Assembly (NCBI GenBank): GCA_963796285.1
Contig: CAWCKW010000001.1
Location: 64,001-128,000 of the forward strand
Direction: 5' to 3'
DNA length: 64,000 bases
Source of the DNA: Nitrospirota bacterium
Lineage (GTDB): Bacteria > Nitrospirota > UBA9217
Shown: piece after piece, positions 1 through 9,425 of the stretch
How the letters are laid out: each line of letters starts with the position of its first letter
How positions within the stretch are numbered: the stretch's first letter is position 1
Notes under the pieces: generated by a model
The model's input: only the letters and a program-made list of their open reading frames with translations
The model's database searches: none
Told to the model about the DNA's origin: nothing
Program-made: the position numbers and the translations under genes

Positions 1-234
1 TCTGTCTGCCTTATTCTTTTCTTGAACAGCGCATCCGGCAGTTTTTGCCAGTGATAAGAGAACGCTAGTACTATATCAGAAAGGAGAATATCTTGTACAT
101 ACCATTTTAATAAATCAGCTCTTTTCACAATGAGGTTCTTTCCGGAGAAGACGATTTAATCCTTTCTTAGCCCACGCTTATCACTGAGAGACACCGTTGA
201 TATGGTTGAGATGGGGATAGTGAGGTAGATACAA

Positions 235-274
235 ATGCCGGCGGGTGGGGGGGTGAAGCTATTCCCGCCGGCAT
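235..274 (-). terminator. Probable terminator/stabilising hairpin after the extKL-like gene
   Basis: 11-bp inverted repeat ATGCCGGCGGG...CCCGCCGGCAT just past the stop at 286; U-tract weak. Confidence 0.5.
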
Positions 275-285
275 GGTGAAGAAGT

Positions 286-1605
286 TTATACTCCGCCTTT
301 TTCGATGCTCACCTTCTTCGTTACCTTCTGCCAGGTGAACTGTCCGCTTTCCTTGGTGCCGAAGGGCAGGTACATAAGCTCCACGTCCACCGTCATATCG
401 TAATCAAGAATCGTGCGTACGACCTTGTCCCCTTGTTTCACCTCTTCAACGGGGAATAATATATCAAAGCTCTCGATCACAGGTTTGTTCGGCGGCAGAC
501 TGCTGTCGCGCAGGATGCCGCTCTTTTCATAGGGTCCGCGGCCCATCTTATCGCCGCGGCCGAGCTGCTGGGGAATGGGCATGTAAATCTTCGACTGCTT
601 GAACAACTCCTTGCCTTTACTGTCTCTCGCGGTCACTTCCAGGACCAGCCGGTTGGGGGTTGGTCAGCCGTCCGGGATGGAGTGGCCGGCGCGGTTTATC
701 ATCTCCACCTTTACCAGCGCCTGCGGAACCATCTTCGCGCCGTCCCGCCACTGATAGCCCAGGGTCTCGACCTTGAAATCCACGGCCGCCTTTGCCATGC
801 CTGGATCGCGGTAGCTCTGCATATTGTGGCCGAGCTTGCTCTTTTTCATGTGGCATTCCTGGCATTTTTCCTGCCCGCCTTCGGCTCGGTACGCCCAGAG
901 ATAGCTGCCGTAAAGCGTGGCGCATTGCGAGGGGTTTTCAAGCTCCAGGTTCGGACCCAGGCCGTGGCACTGCCCGCAGAGGATCGATTCGTCCATGATC
1001 GGGCTCTTCTTCATCTTCGGATGAGTTGCATCGGCATGCATGCCGTCCCTGAAACCGTAGACCGTGTCTTTTTCCGGGAACCCGTCCACCCACTTGTGCG
1101 TGATGGCGTTCCGCTGATGGCAGATGAGGCAATTGATGTTCACCTTCGAAAGTTTGGCAACGGCCTTATCGCGCGCATCATCGCTTGTCTTGGGATCGGT
1201 GTAGATATAGGCGTACCTGACGATCTCTTTGGCAACGTCGTCCGTTGCCTCGGCAAGCTGTGGCAAATGGCACTTGGCGCAGATCATGAGGTGCTTCACT
1301 TGCACATCTTCCGGCTTCTTCACGCCGGAGTACTGCCAGCTGGTAAGGCCCACGGCCACCGTGGTCTTGATGGTTGCCGCGGTCCGGCCGGTCCCGAAGA
1401 TGGACCGAGAGTGGATGGACTGCTCCCACTCGTTGTAGATGCCTTCATGACACCCTTTGCAGCCGGTCGAGTCGTACATCTTTGCGAGCTCGTCGATATT
1501 TGTCGCTTTCTTCGCTTCCGCCGCGCCCGCGTCCCGGCCGAGCGTACCTGTCAGGAGTGGCAGCGCGAGCAGGGTGGAGAGGATAATGCACGTTAATCTT
1601 GTCAT
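286..1605 (-). CDS. extKL: Periplasmic pentaheme c-type cytochrome selenoprotein, ExtKL-like (439 aa, Sec at UGA 664-666)
   Basis: ORFs 664..1605 and 286..636 are in the same frame, separated only by TGA: AGHSIPDG-U-PTPNRLVLEVTARD; signal peptide; five CxxCH (CKGCH, CAKCH, CLICH, CGQCH, CQECH); SECIS-like hairpin follows. Confidence 0.88.
631..646 (-). promoter_or_regulatory. SECIS-like hairpin of the extKL-like gene
   Basis: mRNA GGUC-CU-[GGA]-AG-U-GACC; first loop G lies 24 nt after UGA. Confidence 0.7.
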
Positions 1606-1863
1606 GTGCTTATCTCTCTTCTCAGAAGAGTTGGGTGGCTTTGTTTTTTAAGGGAGTATTGTGACAGGAGATGCTGAATGGCAATGGATACATGATGTGA
1701 AGCAGGGGAACTGCTCGACAAAAGTCTGGACGGGTTGATGCTCATTGCCGCAGTATAAGCGGTAGTGCGGGCGATCACTTTCAAGGTTCGACCTCCTGAA
1801 TACGTCGTGATTAGTTGGTTGCAAATCAACTTCTACGCAAAAATGTCCTCGTAGTTATAAGGA

Positions 1864-1890
1864 TTTTGGTTCCGGCACTTCCGGGTCAGG
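1864..1890. repeat. Dispersed 27-bp repeat arm (TTTTGGTTCCGG...CCGGGTTAGG class)
   Basis: ttttggttccggcacttccgggtcagg; 21/27 identical to 49534-49560; related copies at 42494, 47221, 50494. Confidence 0.7.
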
Positions 1891-1907
1891 TGTGAAGTAA
1901 CTTCACA
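1891..1907. promoter_or_regulatory. Palindromic candidate operator upstream of the extKL-like gene
   Basis: Perfect 17-bp palindrome TGTGAAGT-A-ACTTCACA. Confidence 0.4.
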
Positions 1908-2004
1908 TCATAAATCTAGTAACATATAGTCTATAAACTATGGCTTTAGTTGTCAAGCGAAATCGCATGTAATCAATTAGTTACAAAATGATATGTTTTG
2001 CAAG

Positions 2005-3240
2005 TTAGTGTTTTTTCAAGATGAGCGCGGCGTTAAACCCGCCGAAGCCGAGGGAGTTGGAGAGAGCGGATTTGATCGTCAGCCGTCTTGCTTGGTTCGG
2101 TACATAGTCGAGGTCGCAATCAGGATCCGGGTGTTCGAGATTGATCGTCGGCGTGATGACGCCCTCTGAAATGGAGAGAGCGGTAATAGCTGCTTCGACC
2201 GCGCCTGCGGCGCCGAGCATGTGTCCAAGCATGGATTTGGATGAGCTTATCGCGATCTTGTCTGCACATTCGCCGAAGGCTTTTTTAATAGCGAGTGTTT
2301 CTATGGTGTCGTTCGATTTTGTTGCTGTGCCGTGTGCGTTAAGATAATCGATCTCTTCCGGCCTCATGTCAGCGTCAGCGATGGCGCCAGACATCGCGCG
2401 TGACGACCCTGCGCCATCCGGATCAGGTCGCGTAAAGTGATATGCATCGGATGACAGGCCGTAGCCCGCAAGTTCCGCGTAAATCCTCGCGCCGCGTTTT
2501 GCCGCACGTCCCCTTTCCTCGAGGACCAGCACCCCGGCGCCTTCCGCGAGCACGAAACCGTCCCGCTGTTTGTCAAAGGGCCTGCTCGCCATTTCCGGCC
2601 CGCTGTTCCGCAGAGATACCGCCTTCGCCTGGCAGAACCCTGCAAGGATGAGCGGCGTGAGCGCTGCTTCCGTACCGCCCGCGATCATGACGTCGGCGTC
2701 GCCGCGCTGGATGATCTTCATGGCTTCGCCCAGGGCGTGCGTGCCTGTTGCGCACGCGGTCGAGACATCGAGGCACGGTCCTTTGGCGCCGAGCTTCATT
2801 GAAATATATCCCGAAGCCATGTTCACGAGCGACAGGGGAGTGAAAAAAGGCGAGACTGCCTTAGGCCCTTTGGCAAGAAGGGTTGCCATGTTCCTCTCTG
2901 TTGTCGTCACCCCGCCGCGTCCGGAACCGACGAGGACACCCATACGAACGGGGTTTGGCGGAAAAACGGCAAGTCCGGCATCTTCTCTTGCCATGAGTGC
3001 GGCGGCGAGGGCATATTGCATGAACGGGTCGGTCCGGTGCACTTCTTTCGCGGTCATGTATCCGAGCGGATCGAACCCTTTGAGTTCTCCGGCGATGCGG
3101 CAGGGGAAGCCGGAGGCGTCGAATCTGGTGATCGTGCGTACACCCGAGAGACCTTTCTTAAGCGATTCCCAGGTCGTCGGGGTGTCATTCCCAAGCGGTG
3201 TGACCATCCCGATTCCTGTTATCACGACACGGACTACCAT
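2005..3240 (-). CDS. fabF: 3-oxoacyl-ACP synthase II
   Basis: RVVITGIGMVTPLG start, TACATG catalytic Cys, NAHGT, KSMLGHMLGAAG, SNSLGFGG. Confidence 0.95.
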   Translation of the reverse strand: MVVRVVITGIGMVTPLGNDTPTTWESLKKGLSGVRTITRFDASGFPCRIAGELKGFDPLGYMTAKEVHRTDPFMQYALAAALMAREDAGLAVFPPNPVRMGVLVGSGRGGVTTTERNMATLLAKGPKAVSPFFTPLSLVNMASGYISMKLGAKGPCLDVSTACATGTHALGEAMKIIQRGDADVMIAGGTEAALTPLILAGFCQAKAVSLRNSGPEMASRPFDKQRDGFVLAEGAGVLVLEERGRAAKRGARIYAELAGYGLSSDAYHFTRPDPDGAGSSRAMSGAIADADMRPEEIDYLNAHGTATKSNDTIETLAIKKAFGECADKIAISSSKSMLGHMLGAAGAVEAAITALSISEGVITPTINLEHPDPDCDLDYVPNQARRLTIKSALSNSLGFGGFNAALILKKH

Positions 3241-3247
3241 GGCGCGA

Positions 3248-3276
3248 AGTATAAGTTTTTTTTTACTATTTGTCAA
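3248..3276 (-). promoter_or_regulatory. Sigma70 promoter of fabF (probably leaderless mRNA)
   Basis: TTGACA-17 nt-TATACT, then 7 nt to the ATG; no SD. Confidence 0.7.
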
Positions 3277-3296
3277 AAGATGAATTCCGATTCAGT

Positions 3297-3324
3297 TTGA
3301 CAACCCGGCAGTTTATGGTATAGT
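3297..3324 (+). promoter_or_regulatory. Sigma70 promoter, divergent from fabF
   Basis: TTGACA-16 nt-TATAGT with TG extension. Confidence 0.6.
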
Positions 3325-3376
3325 TTGAAGGAAGCTATCGATGGACAACTATCACGTTTACGGAAAGGGGGTTGAG

Positions 3377-4370
3377 ATGAAAGCGTCAGACTTAACAGCA
3401 AAGACTGTAGTTGAACTCAAAGCCCTGGCCAAGAAGAGAAAGGTGTCCCTGTCCGCAGGTGATAAGAAGGCTGATATCATCAAAGCGCTCGCTTCCGTTG
3501 CCAAGGCAGTGAAACCTGCGGCAAAGCGGGCTGCTGCCCCGGTAAAAAAGGCGGCAGGCAAGGTTGCTGTCCCGGCAAAAAAATCAACAACGAAGAAGGC
3601 GCTCGCATCGAAACCGGTGTCTAAAAAAACAGTGAAGTCCAGGAAGAGCGCGACAGACTCGAAAGGCACCGGCGAAAAAACGGACCCCCTTCGGAGAGAC
3701 CGCGCCGAAGGCCACGCCTGTGCGTGAATGGAAGCTGCCTCCGGGCATTGAGGAACCGCTCATGGCGCAGGAACGGGTGGAGGAATCCAAGTACTATACC
3801 GGGCCGTTGACGCAACTTCCTGCCGTGGCCTCCGGGGAACTGCCGCAGGGATACAATGAGGAGAGAATCGCCATTCTTTCACGGGACCCTTTTGTGGCCT
3901 ATGCCTACTGGGAGGCGACACCGGCGCGGATCGAACGGGAGAAGGCATGGTTCGGCTGGGACAGCAAGCTCTGCCTGCGGATCTACGATATTACAGGCGT
4001 GCAGTTCGACGGCCGGAACGCCATCGGGTATTTCGACCAGGAACTCGTGGACCGGGTCGGGAACTGGTATTTCGATTTCGGCCGGCCGGCACATTCCTTC
4101 TGTGCGGACATCGGTCTGCTCTCTTCGAGAGGACAGTTCCTGACAATCGCGAGGTCGAACTACATCACCATGCCGCGTGACGGCGTCTCCGATGTGATCG
4201 ACGAGGAGTGGATTCTCGTGGATGAGGAGTTCTGGAAGCTCTACGGCTATCCGGAGGGATTGCGGCAGGGTGTATCGTCGCCGGAGATGCAGGAGATGCT
4301 TAGACGGAGACGGGAGATGGAAATTTCCTCAGCGGGTCTGTTCTCCCGCGATCGGGCCAAACGGAAATAG
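3377..4370 (+). CDS. DUF4912 protein with N-terminal Rho_N-like helix and K/A-rich linker (one frameshift near 3670-3720)
   Basis: KTVVELKALAKK..KKADII N-terminus; LPQGYNEERIAILSRDPFVAYAYWE and IARSNYITMPR in the second frame; precedes a GH57 gene as is typical. Confidence 0.75.
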
Positions 4371-4427
4371 TGCCCGCCCGTTGCCTGTTTGCTCAATTTG
4401 CCATTGATGAGATCACCTGTGTATCAT

Positions 4428-4456
4428 GTCCATCCGTTCATGGATGGACTTTTTTT
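4428..4456 (+). terminator. Intrinsic terminator
   Basis: GTCCATCC-gttcat-GGATGGAC followed by T7. Confidence 0.7.
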
Positions 4457-4548
4457 ATTGTTCGGGGAAGGCTGTGTGAATGATGCAGACCAGGCATGAT
4501 CAGAGGAAAAGCTCACAAAAAAAACAGGTCATGGACAAAGGTGAAAAG

Positions 4549-6129
4549 ATGGAAAAAGGGTATCTGGCGCTGGTGCTTCACAGCCATTTACCTTACGTGA
4601 GACACCCGGAGCATGATCAGTTCCTTGAAGAGGACTGGCTGTACGAGGCTATCACCGAGACGTACATTCCGCTCATCAATGTATTCGATGGCCTGGTGAA
4701 TGATGGCATTGACTTCCGCATCACCATGAGCCTGACCCCCACGCTGATCGCCATGCTCACCGACCCGCTGCTCCAGCAGCGCTATGTGCGGCATATCAGC
4801 AAGCTCATCGAGCTCGCCGGGAAAGAGATCGAGCGGACCAGGGACCAGCCGGAGTTCAACCCGCTTGCGCATATGTATCGGGACTTGTTTATCAATGCCC
4901 GCGCTGTGTTCGAGGAGAAGTACGGACGCAACCTGGTCACCGCCTTTAAAAAATTTCAGGACCTGGGTGTGCTGGAGACCATCACGTGCGCGGCCACGCA
5001 CGGATTTTTACCGCTCATGCAGAACAGGAACGCGGTTCGAGCGCAGATCATGGTTGCTGTCGAACATCACATAAAACACTTTAGCAGGGCGCCGAAGGGC
5101 ATCTGGCTGCCGGAGTGCGGATACTACGAAGGGCTTGACGAGGTGCTGCACGAAGCGGGTATCGCCTACTTCTTCACGGATGCGCATGGGGTGTTCCACT
5201 CGTCGCCCCGTCCGAAGTACGGGGTCTATGCGCCGATCACCACCCGCGCGGGTGTGGCCGCTTTCGGAAGAGACATCGAGTCGTCCAAGCAGGTGTGGAG
5301 CTCAGTAGAGGGCTACCCGGGGGATTACAACTACCGGGATTTCTACCGTGATGTGGGCTTTGACCTTGATTACGAGTATGTCAAACCCTATCTGCATCCG
5401 GACGGTGTGCGCGTGAACCTGGGGATCAAGTATCACAAGATCACGGGCGCGTCAAACCGAAAAGACCCTTATATTCGTCACTGGGCGCTCGAACGGGCGG
5501 CTGAACATGCAGGCAACTTCCTGTTCAACCGGGAGAAGCAGGTCGAATGGCTCGCCGGGATGTTCCCCGAACAGAAGCCGGTCATTGTTGCGCCCTATGA
5601 TGCGGAGCTGTACGGACACTGGTGGTTCGAGGGGCCGGATTGGATCAACTTCCTGATCCGTAAAACCGCGTGCGATCAGAAGACGGTGCGCCTCATTACC
5701 CCCTCCGAATACCTGCACGAGAACCCGAAGTGCCAGATCGCCACGCCGTCCCCTTCAAGCTGGGGTTACCGGGGCTATTCCGAGGTATGGCTGAACGAAG
5801 CGAATGACTGGATCTACCGGCATTTGCACAAGGCCGCGGACCGCATGGTGGAACTGGCACAGACGTTTCCTGCTGCTGATGGGATCCTGCGCAGGGCGCT
5901 TAACCAGGCGGCGCGGGAACTGCTTCTTGCCCAGAGTTCTGACTGGGCATTCATCATGAAGACCGGCAGCCATGTCGAATATGCGGTCAAGAAAACAAAA
6001 GAGCATTTGCTCAGATTCGATAAGCTGTATCACAATAGTAAAGGAAATGCCCTTGACGAAGGATGGCTCAGCGGGATAGAATACAGCGACAATTTATTCC
6101 CCGACATCGATTATCGCGTGTATGCTTAA
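4549..6129 (+). CDS. GH57 family 1,4-alpha-glucan branching enzyme (DUF1957 C-terminus)
   Basis: HSHLPYV, EEDWLYEAITETYIP, GIWLPECGY, PYDAELYGHWWFEG, ARELLLAQSSDWAF. Confidence 0.9.
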   Translation: MEKGYLALVLHSHLPYVRHPEHDQFLEEDWLYEAITETYIPLINVFDGLVNDGIDFRITMSLTPTLIAMLTDPLLQQRYVRHISKLIELAGKEIERTRDQPEFNPLAHMYRDLFINARAVFEEKYGRNLVTAFKKFQDLGVLETITCAATHGFLPLMQNRNAVRAQIMVAVEHHIKHFSRAPKGIWLPECGYYEGLDEVLHEAGIAYFFTDAHGVFHSSPRPKYGVYAPITTRAGVAAFGRDIESSKQVWSSVEGYPGDYNYRDFYRDVGFDLDYEYVKPYLHPDGVRVNLGIKYHKITGASNRKDPYIRHWALERAAEHAGNFLFNREKQVEWLAGMFPEQKPVIVAPYDAELYGHWWFEGPDWINFLIRKTACDQKTVRLITPSEYLHENPKCQIATPSPSSWGYRGYSEVWLNEANDWIYRHLHKAADRMVELAQTFPAADGILRRALNQAARELLLAQSSDWAFIMKTGSHVEYAVKKTKEHLLRFDKLYHNSKGNALDEGWLSGIEYSDNLFPDIDYRVYA

Positions 6130-7492
6130 ACCATCCGTTCTCAAAGAGTTGACATCAATCGTCGGTCCCGCCAACGTCTCCACTTCGCCTGAAGAGCTCG
6201 TCGTCTATTCCTATGATGCCACTCAGCGGGAGTCTCTCCCCTGGGCCGTGGTGCGTCCCCGTTCATCCCAAGAGATCTCGGAAATACTCAAGCTGGCCAA
6301 CCGGGAGCTGTTTCCCGTAGTGCCGCGCGGAGCAGGGTCCGGCATGTCCGGAGGGTCCGTACCGGTCCAGGGCGGCGTGGTGCTCTCGCTCGAACGCATG
6401 AACCACATTCTCGAAATCGATGACCAGGACTTTATCGCCGTGGTGGAACCGGGCGTCGTCACCGGTGATCTGCAGCGCGAGGTCGAGTCGCGCGGTCTCT
6501 TTTATCCGCCCGACCCGGCAAGCAACAAGTTCTGCACTCTGGGCGGAAATGTGGCCGAATGCGCGGGAGGACTACGCGCCGTGAAGTACGGTGTGACCAA
6601 GGACTATGTGCTCGGTCTGGAGGTCGTGCTGCCCACGGGCGAGATCATCACTACCGGCGCGCGCACGGTCAAGAGCGTGGCGGGATATGACCTCACAAAA
6701 CTCATTGTCGGGTCTGAAGGCACGCTCGGTATCGCCACGAGGATAACCCTGAAGCTTCTGCCCCTGCCGGAGACCATACGGACCCTGGCCGCTTTTTTCA
6801 GCGAGGTCCCTGTCGCCGCGAAGACGGCATCCGCGATCATGGCGAGCGGTGTCCTTCCCCGAGCGCTCGAATTTGTGGACCAGGCAGCTCTCAGGGCGGT
6901 CGAGGGCTATCTGAAGGAAGACCTGTCGCATGGCGCGGCCGCCATGCTGCTTGTGGAGGTGGATGGGCCGGCTGAATCCACGGCGCGTGAGGCGGACCGG
7001 ATAGCAGAGATCATGATGCGCAACGGCGCTGCGCGCGTGAATCGGGCCGGGTCAGATGCGGAACGGGAACAGCTCTGGAAGGCGCGGCGGTCAATCTCCC
7101 CGGCGCTTTATACGATAAAGCCGAAGAAGTTGAACGAAGATATCGTTGTGCCGCGCAGCAGGATCGCCGAAAGCCTGCAGGAGATCGCTGCGATCGCGGA
7201 GCGGCACGGACTCCTGATCGTGAACTTCGGGCATGCCGGTGACGGCAATATTCACACCAATATCATGTACGATGAAGCGGACCTGCAGAAGGCTGAAATG
7301 GCGGTCAAAGAGGTCTTCGCGTCCACACTGCGCCTTGGCGGGAGCATCACCGGCGAGCACGGGATCGGTTTGTCAAAGGCCGCCTACCTGCCGATGGAAC
7401 TGGGGCAGGAGGCTATCGCGGCGATGAAAAGGATCAAATATGCTCTTGATCCGAATAATATATTGAACCCGGGGAAGATATTTTTGGGATAG
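6122..7492 (+). CDS. FAD-linked oxidase, GlcD/D-lactate dehydrogenase family
   Basis: PRGAGSGMSGG, YPPDPAS, GGNVAECAGG, GSEGTLG, GHAGDGNIH, GEHGIG, LNPGKIF. Confidence 0.9.
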   Translation: MLKPSVLKELTSIVGPANVSTSPEELVVYSYDATQRESLPWAVVRPRSSQEISEILKLANRELFPVVPRGAGSGMSGGSVPVQGGVVLSLERMNHILEIDDQDFIAVVEPGVVTGDLQREVESRGLFYPPDPASNKFCTLGGNVAECAGGLRAVKYGVTKDYVLGLEVVLPTGEIITTGARTVKSVAGYDLTKLIVGSEGTLGIATRITLKLLPLPETIRTLAAFFSEVPVAAKTASAIMASGVLPRALEFVDQAALRAVEGYLKEDLSHGAAAMLLVEVDGPAESTAREADRIAEIMMRNGAARVNRAGSDAEREQLWKARRSISPALYTIKPKKLNEDIVVPRSRIAESLQEIAAIAERHGLLIVNFGHAGDGNIHTNIMYDEADLQKAEMAVKEVFASTLRLGGSITGEHGIGLSKAAYLPMELGQEAIAAMKRIKYALDPNNILNPGKIFLG

Positions 7493-8256
7493 TGATGAGG
7501 GTGATGAGAAAAGAGGAGCGAGAGACGATGGACGTTGGACGAGGGACTCGAGACGTGAGGGAGGAAGGACGGGAGAACATTCAATCTTCTTGCCATCCAT
7601 CAATATCCTCTTTTTTCCCCTGTCTCCGCACCGTCGTAGCAGTGTTAATTGTTTTGGCTGTTGTTGCGCTCTCGTCTCCCGCATGGGCAGAAGGTCCGGC
7701 TCCACCCACGCCGGTCAAAGCTCTCAGCAATGAAATCCAGCAGCTGCGACAGCAGGCAGCACAGCTTGAAGAAGAAAATCAGGGGCTCAGGAACATGCTC
7801 AGGGATATGGACGACGGTGAGCTCTATCTGGTCGTGGACACGAAAAGCAACCGGCTTACGATGAGACAGGGAAACACTGTCCTGATGACGGCGATCGTGG
7901 GGTCCGGCAGCCACCAGTTCCTGAAAGAGGAGAGGGGGAGAAGCTGGTATTTTGAGAGCCCTTTGGGTTCGTTCACGGTCCTCGGCAAGGAACGGAACCC
8001 GGTCTGGATCAGGCCCGACTGGTCCTATGTGGAGGAGAACATGCCCATTCCGTCGGCGAACGACCCGGACCGGTTCGTGCGTGATGTGCTGGGCAAATAT
8101 GCCATTCTTCTGGGGAATGGGTATAAGATCCATGGCACAAAGTGGAAAAATCTTCTGGGGACCCACTTTACCCACGGGTGCGTTTCCCTTGGCGACGAGG
8201 ATCTCGAAGTAGTCCATACATCAGTGAAGAACGGCACCAGGGTATACATCTACTAA
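7492..8256 (+). CDS. L,D-transpeptidase (YkuD) family exported protein; true start uncertain, probably downstream of 7492
   Basis: Signal-like LIVLAVVALSSPAWA, coiled coil, IHGT...THGCVSL catalytic motif. Confidence 0.8.
   Translation: MMRVMRKEERETMDVGRGTRDVREEGRENIQSSCHPSISSFFPCLRTVVAVLIVLAVVALSSPAWAEGPAPPTPVKALSNEIQQLRQQAAQLEEENQGLRNMLRDMDDGELYLVVDTKSNRLTMRQGNTVLMTAIVGSGSHQFLKEERGRSWYFESPLGSFTVLGKERNPVWIRPDWSYVEENMPIPSANDPDRFVRDVLGKYAILLGNGYKIHGTKWKNLLGTHFTHGCVSLGDEDLEVVHTSVKNGTRVYIY
7512..7610. repeat. Degenerate heptamer-periodic junction element
   Basis: cgagaga-cgatgga-cgttgga-cgaggga-ctcgaga-cgtgagg with a weak pyrimidine-rich complementary arm downstream. Confidence 0.55.
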
Positions 8257-8258
8257 GA

Positions 8259-8780
8259 ATGAGGCATATCTTACAATATAAATCAGCGGTCCTGATGCTT
8301 GTTCTCTTTTTGTGTCTTGCGGGAATTTGCGGCGCCGAGCAGGGAGATGCTGAGCAGAAAAAGCTCGTTGAGCAGAAAAAACATCTGAACGCCAGGGTCG
8401 AGACGTTGAAGCAAGAGCAGGACTATCTGATTTTTCAAAAGACGATGTACGAGTCGGACTCGAAATACCTGATCATCAATTTTGCGGCAAGGAACATGCA
8501 GCTCAAGTACAAGAACCGGGTGCTCAAGGATGTTCCCTTCAAGCGTGTCCTGGGCCGTGTCAGCAGGCTTAGCCATGGAGCGTTGACGCTCACACAAAAG
8601 ATCGAGGGACCGAGGGAGAGGAATTTGCTGATCTTCGGGCAAGACCTGGTTCTGCAGGGCAAGTATGCACCGTCTACCCTGCACGAGGAGGGAATACCGC
8701 GCGTGTTCCTTTCGAGAAAAGACTTCCTATCCGTTTATTATGCCATTGAATCAGGGGCGATGGCGTTTATCCTGCTCTGA
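8259..8780 (+). CDS. Exported protein, degenerate YkuD-like (no HGC motif)
   Basis: Signal peptide, coiled coil, YLIINFAARNMQLK resembles the upstream gene; catalytic His/Cys absent. Confidence 0.55.
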   Translation: MRHILQYKSAVLMLVLFLCLAGICGAEQGDAEQKKLVEQKKHLNARVETLKQEQDYLIFQKTMYESDSKYLIINFAARNMQLKYKNRVLKDVPFKRVLGRVSRLSHGALTLTQKIEGPRERNLLIFGQDLVLQGKYAPSTLHEEGIPRVFLSRKDFLSVYYAIESGAMAFILL

Positions 8781-8949
8781 TCGACAAAATAAAACCATCA
8801 TGAAGATCATTGTGAATGTCTGAATAAGAAGTCTCGTCAATGCTCATTTGATCTCGAACACGTATCATCTCATTTTATTTATAACGATATCATGCCCGCG
8901 AGTGAAGACTAAACGCAACATTTTCATGACCATTTATGATCCCATCAAT

Positions 8950-9066
8950 TTATCTATATGTTCTGCGGTCTTTGCCAGACCTTCTGTCCTTTTCACTTCT
9001 CCGTTCAGGCCCCTTGTAATGTGGATCATTGAATTTTCTTCTATCGTGACCAGATCTTCGATTCAT
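8950..9066 (-). CDS. 38-aa Arg-rich peptide MNRRSGHDRRKFNDPHYKGPERRSEKDRRSGKDRRTYR
   Basis: ATG with GAGGT SD 5 nt upstream, TAA stop; five xRR repeats including YKGPERR; below the ORF-track cutoff. Confidence 0.65.
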   Translation of the reverse strand: MNRRSGHDRRKFNDPHYKGPERRSEKDRRSGKDRRTYR

Positions 9067-9391
9067 AGCGGACCTCACTTTAGCTTGCTACGTTCACGAT
9101 GAAAGCCGTATATCAGCAAAACGCCTATTTACGGTAGATTACTTGAGGAAACATGAATTAAAAATTATTTTCACTGACTGCTCAGCGTTTGGGGTGTAAT
9201 CCGGATATATACCAACATGCCGCTATTGTGGAACAATTCACCACTTGACTGAAGTATATCATAACACAAATATATCATACAGCATTTTTTTAAGGCTATC
9301 TGTAACGTAAGCAATAGCTGAAGTGTTTTGCCGGCTAGGGTTAAAACTTCGGCGGCGCATACGGCGACTTCGCGTAAAACGGCATTTTCTA

Positions 9392-9419
9392 TTGACTGCA
9401 ACCTTTTTCACGGTATAAT
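9392..9419 (+). promoter_or_regulatory. Sigma70 promoter of the HD-domain gene (probably leaderless)
   Basis: TTGACT-16 nt-TATAAT; ATG 9426 is the 7th nt after the -10 box; no SD. Confidence 0.65.
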
Positions 9420-9425
9420 CATGCC

